Shown in pieces: positions 63,781 to 64,000 of a stretch of DNA of 64,000 nt. The stretch spans positions 32,001 to 96,000 of IMG/VR virus record IMGVR_UViG_3300043773_002546. One strand, given 5' to 3'. The DNA is from a virus. Each line of letters opens with the position of its first letter. The first letter of the stretch is position 1. The notes under the pieces were generated by a model, which saw only the letters and a program-made list of their open reading frames with translations, was not told the origin of the DNA and searched no databases. Both the position numbers and the translations under genes were made by a program.

Positions 63781-63870
63781 ATTTCGGGTATCTTGCGCGG
63801 GCTAAATCTGGCCCGTTTGGCGGGCATATTTAGTAGCCCCTGTGGCTTGTTATTACGCAAGGAGGAGAGT

Positions 63871-64000
63871 GTGCGCGCGTATAGTTTGAAAAAAGTCAAA
63901 GAAATGGTCGCGAGCTACAACAAGACCAAATCTGCCGATAGCGTCGCCGAAGAATTGAATTTGCCGCTTCGGGATGTGAAGCAGATCCTGGTCTGGTTGC
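63871..64000 (+). CDS. N-terminal fragment, possible HTH protein, runs off window end
   Basis: SD AAGGAGG, GTG start, MRAYSLKKVKEMVASYNKTKSADSVAEELNLPLRDVKQIL. Confidence 0.5.
   Translation, partial: MRAYSLKKVKEMVASYNKTKSADSVAEELNLPLRDVKQILVWL

Noticed and set aside
1-64000. CRISPR array, tRNA or rRNA genes
   Set aside because: No run of 25-40 nt repeats with unique spacers and no tRNA cloverleaf with T-loop consensus seen; the 8268/8320 repeat has only two units
1-64000. Stop-codon reassignment
   Set aside because: Conserved genes are full length in the standard code, and TAA, TGA and TAG all end genes at tight junctions

Overview
64 kb from a large, GC-rich tailed phage (jumbo-phage-like). 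About 95 tightly packed CDSs, all on the + strand. 1-14.3 kb is an accessory region of small ORFs that includes an ADP-heptose epimerase (hldD), two ParB/Srx-like ORFs and a Gp88-like Cys-rich protein. 14.3-23 kb holds a degenerate rolling-circle Rep-like gene, an HTH/DHS-like fusion, a bifunctional heptose kinase/nucleotidyltransferase (hldE), a DEDDh exonuclease, an HNH nuclease and a glycosyltransferase. 23-48 kb is the replication/recombination core (SbcD, SbcC, SF2 helicase, DnaB, primase, UDG-PolA fusion, probable SSB, RecA, RuvC), with glycosyltransferases interspersed. 52-64 kb holds a probable portal, a GT-B glycosyltransferase, an HD protein, tmk, tdk and a glycan-tailoring module. 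The strongest unexplained signals are: (1) an AT-rich palindrome, consensus CTCATTGATATCAATGAG, in 13 copies across the window, in different reading frames, densest around the ParB-like genes; (2) an apparently catalytically dead IS110/Nop-like gene plus a small RAMP/Cas7-like gene directly upstream of the SF2 helicase; (3) phage-encoded ADP-heptose enzymes with an HTH-fused DHS-like protein. No tRNA, rRNA, CRISPR array, intein or intron was seen. All family calls come from motif recognition by eye, not database searches.
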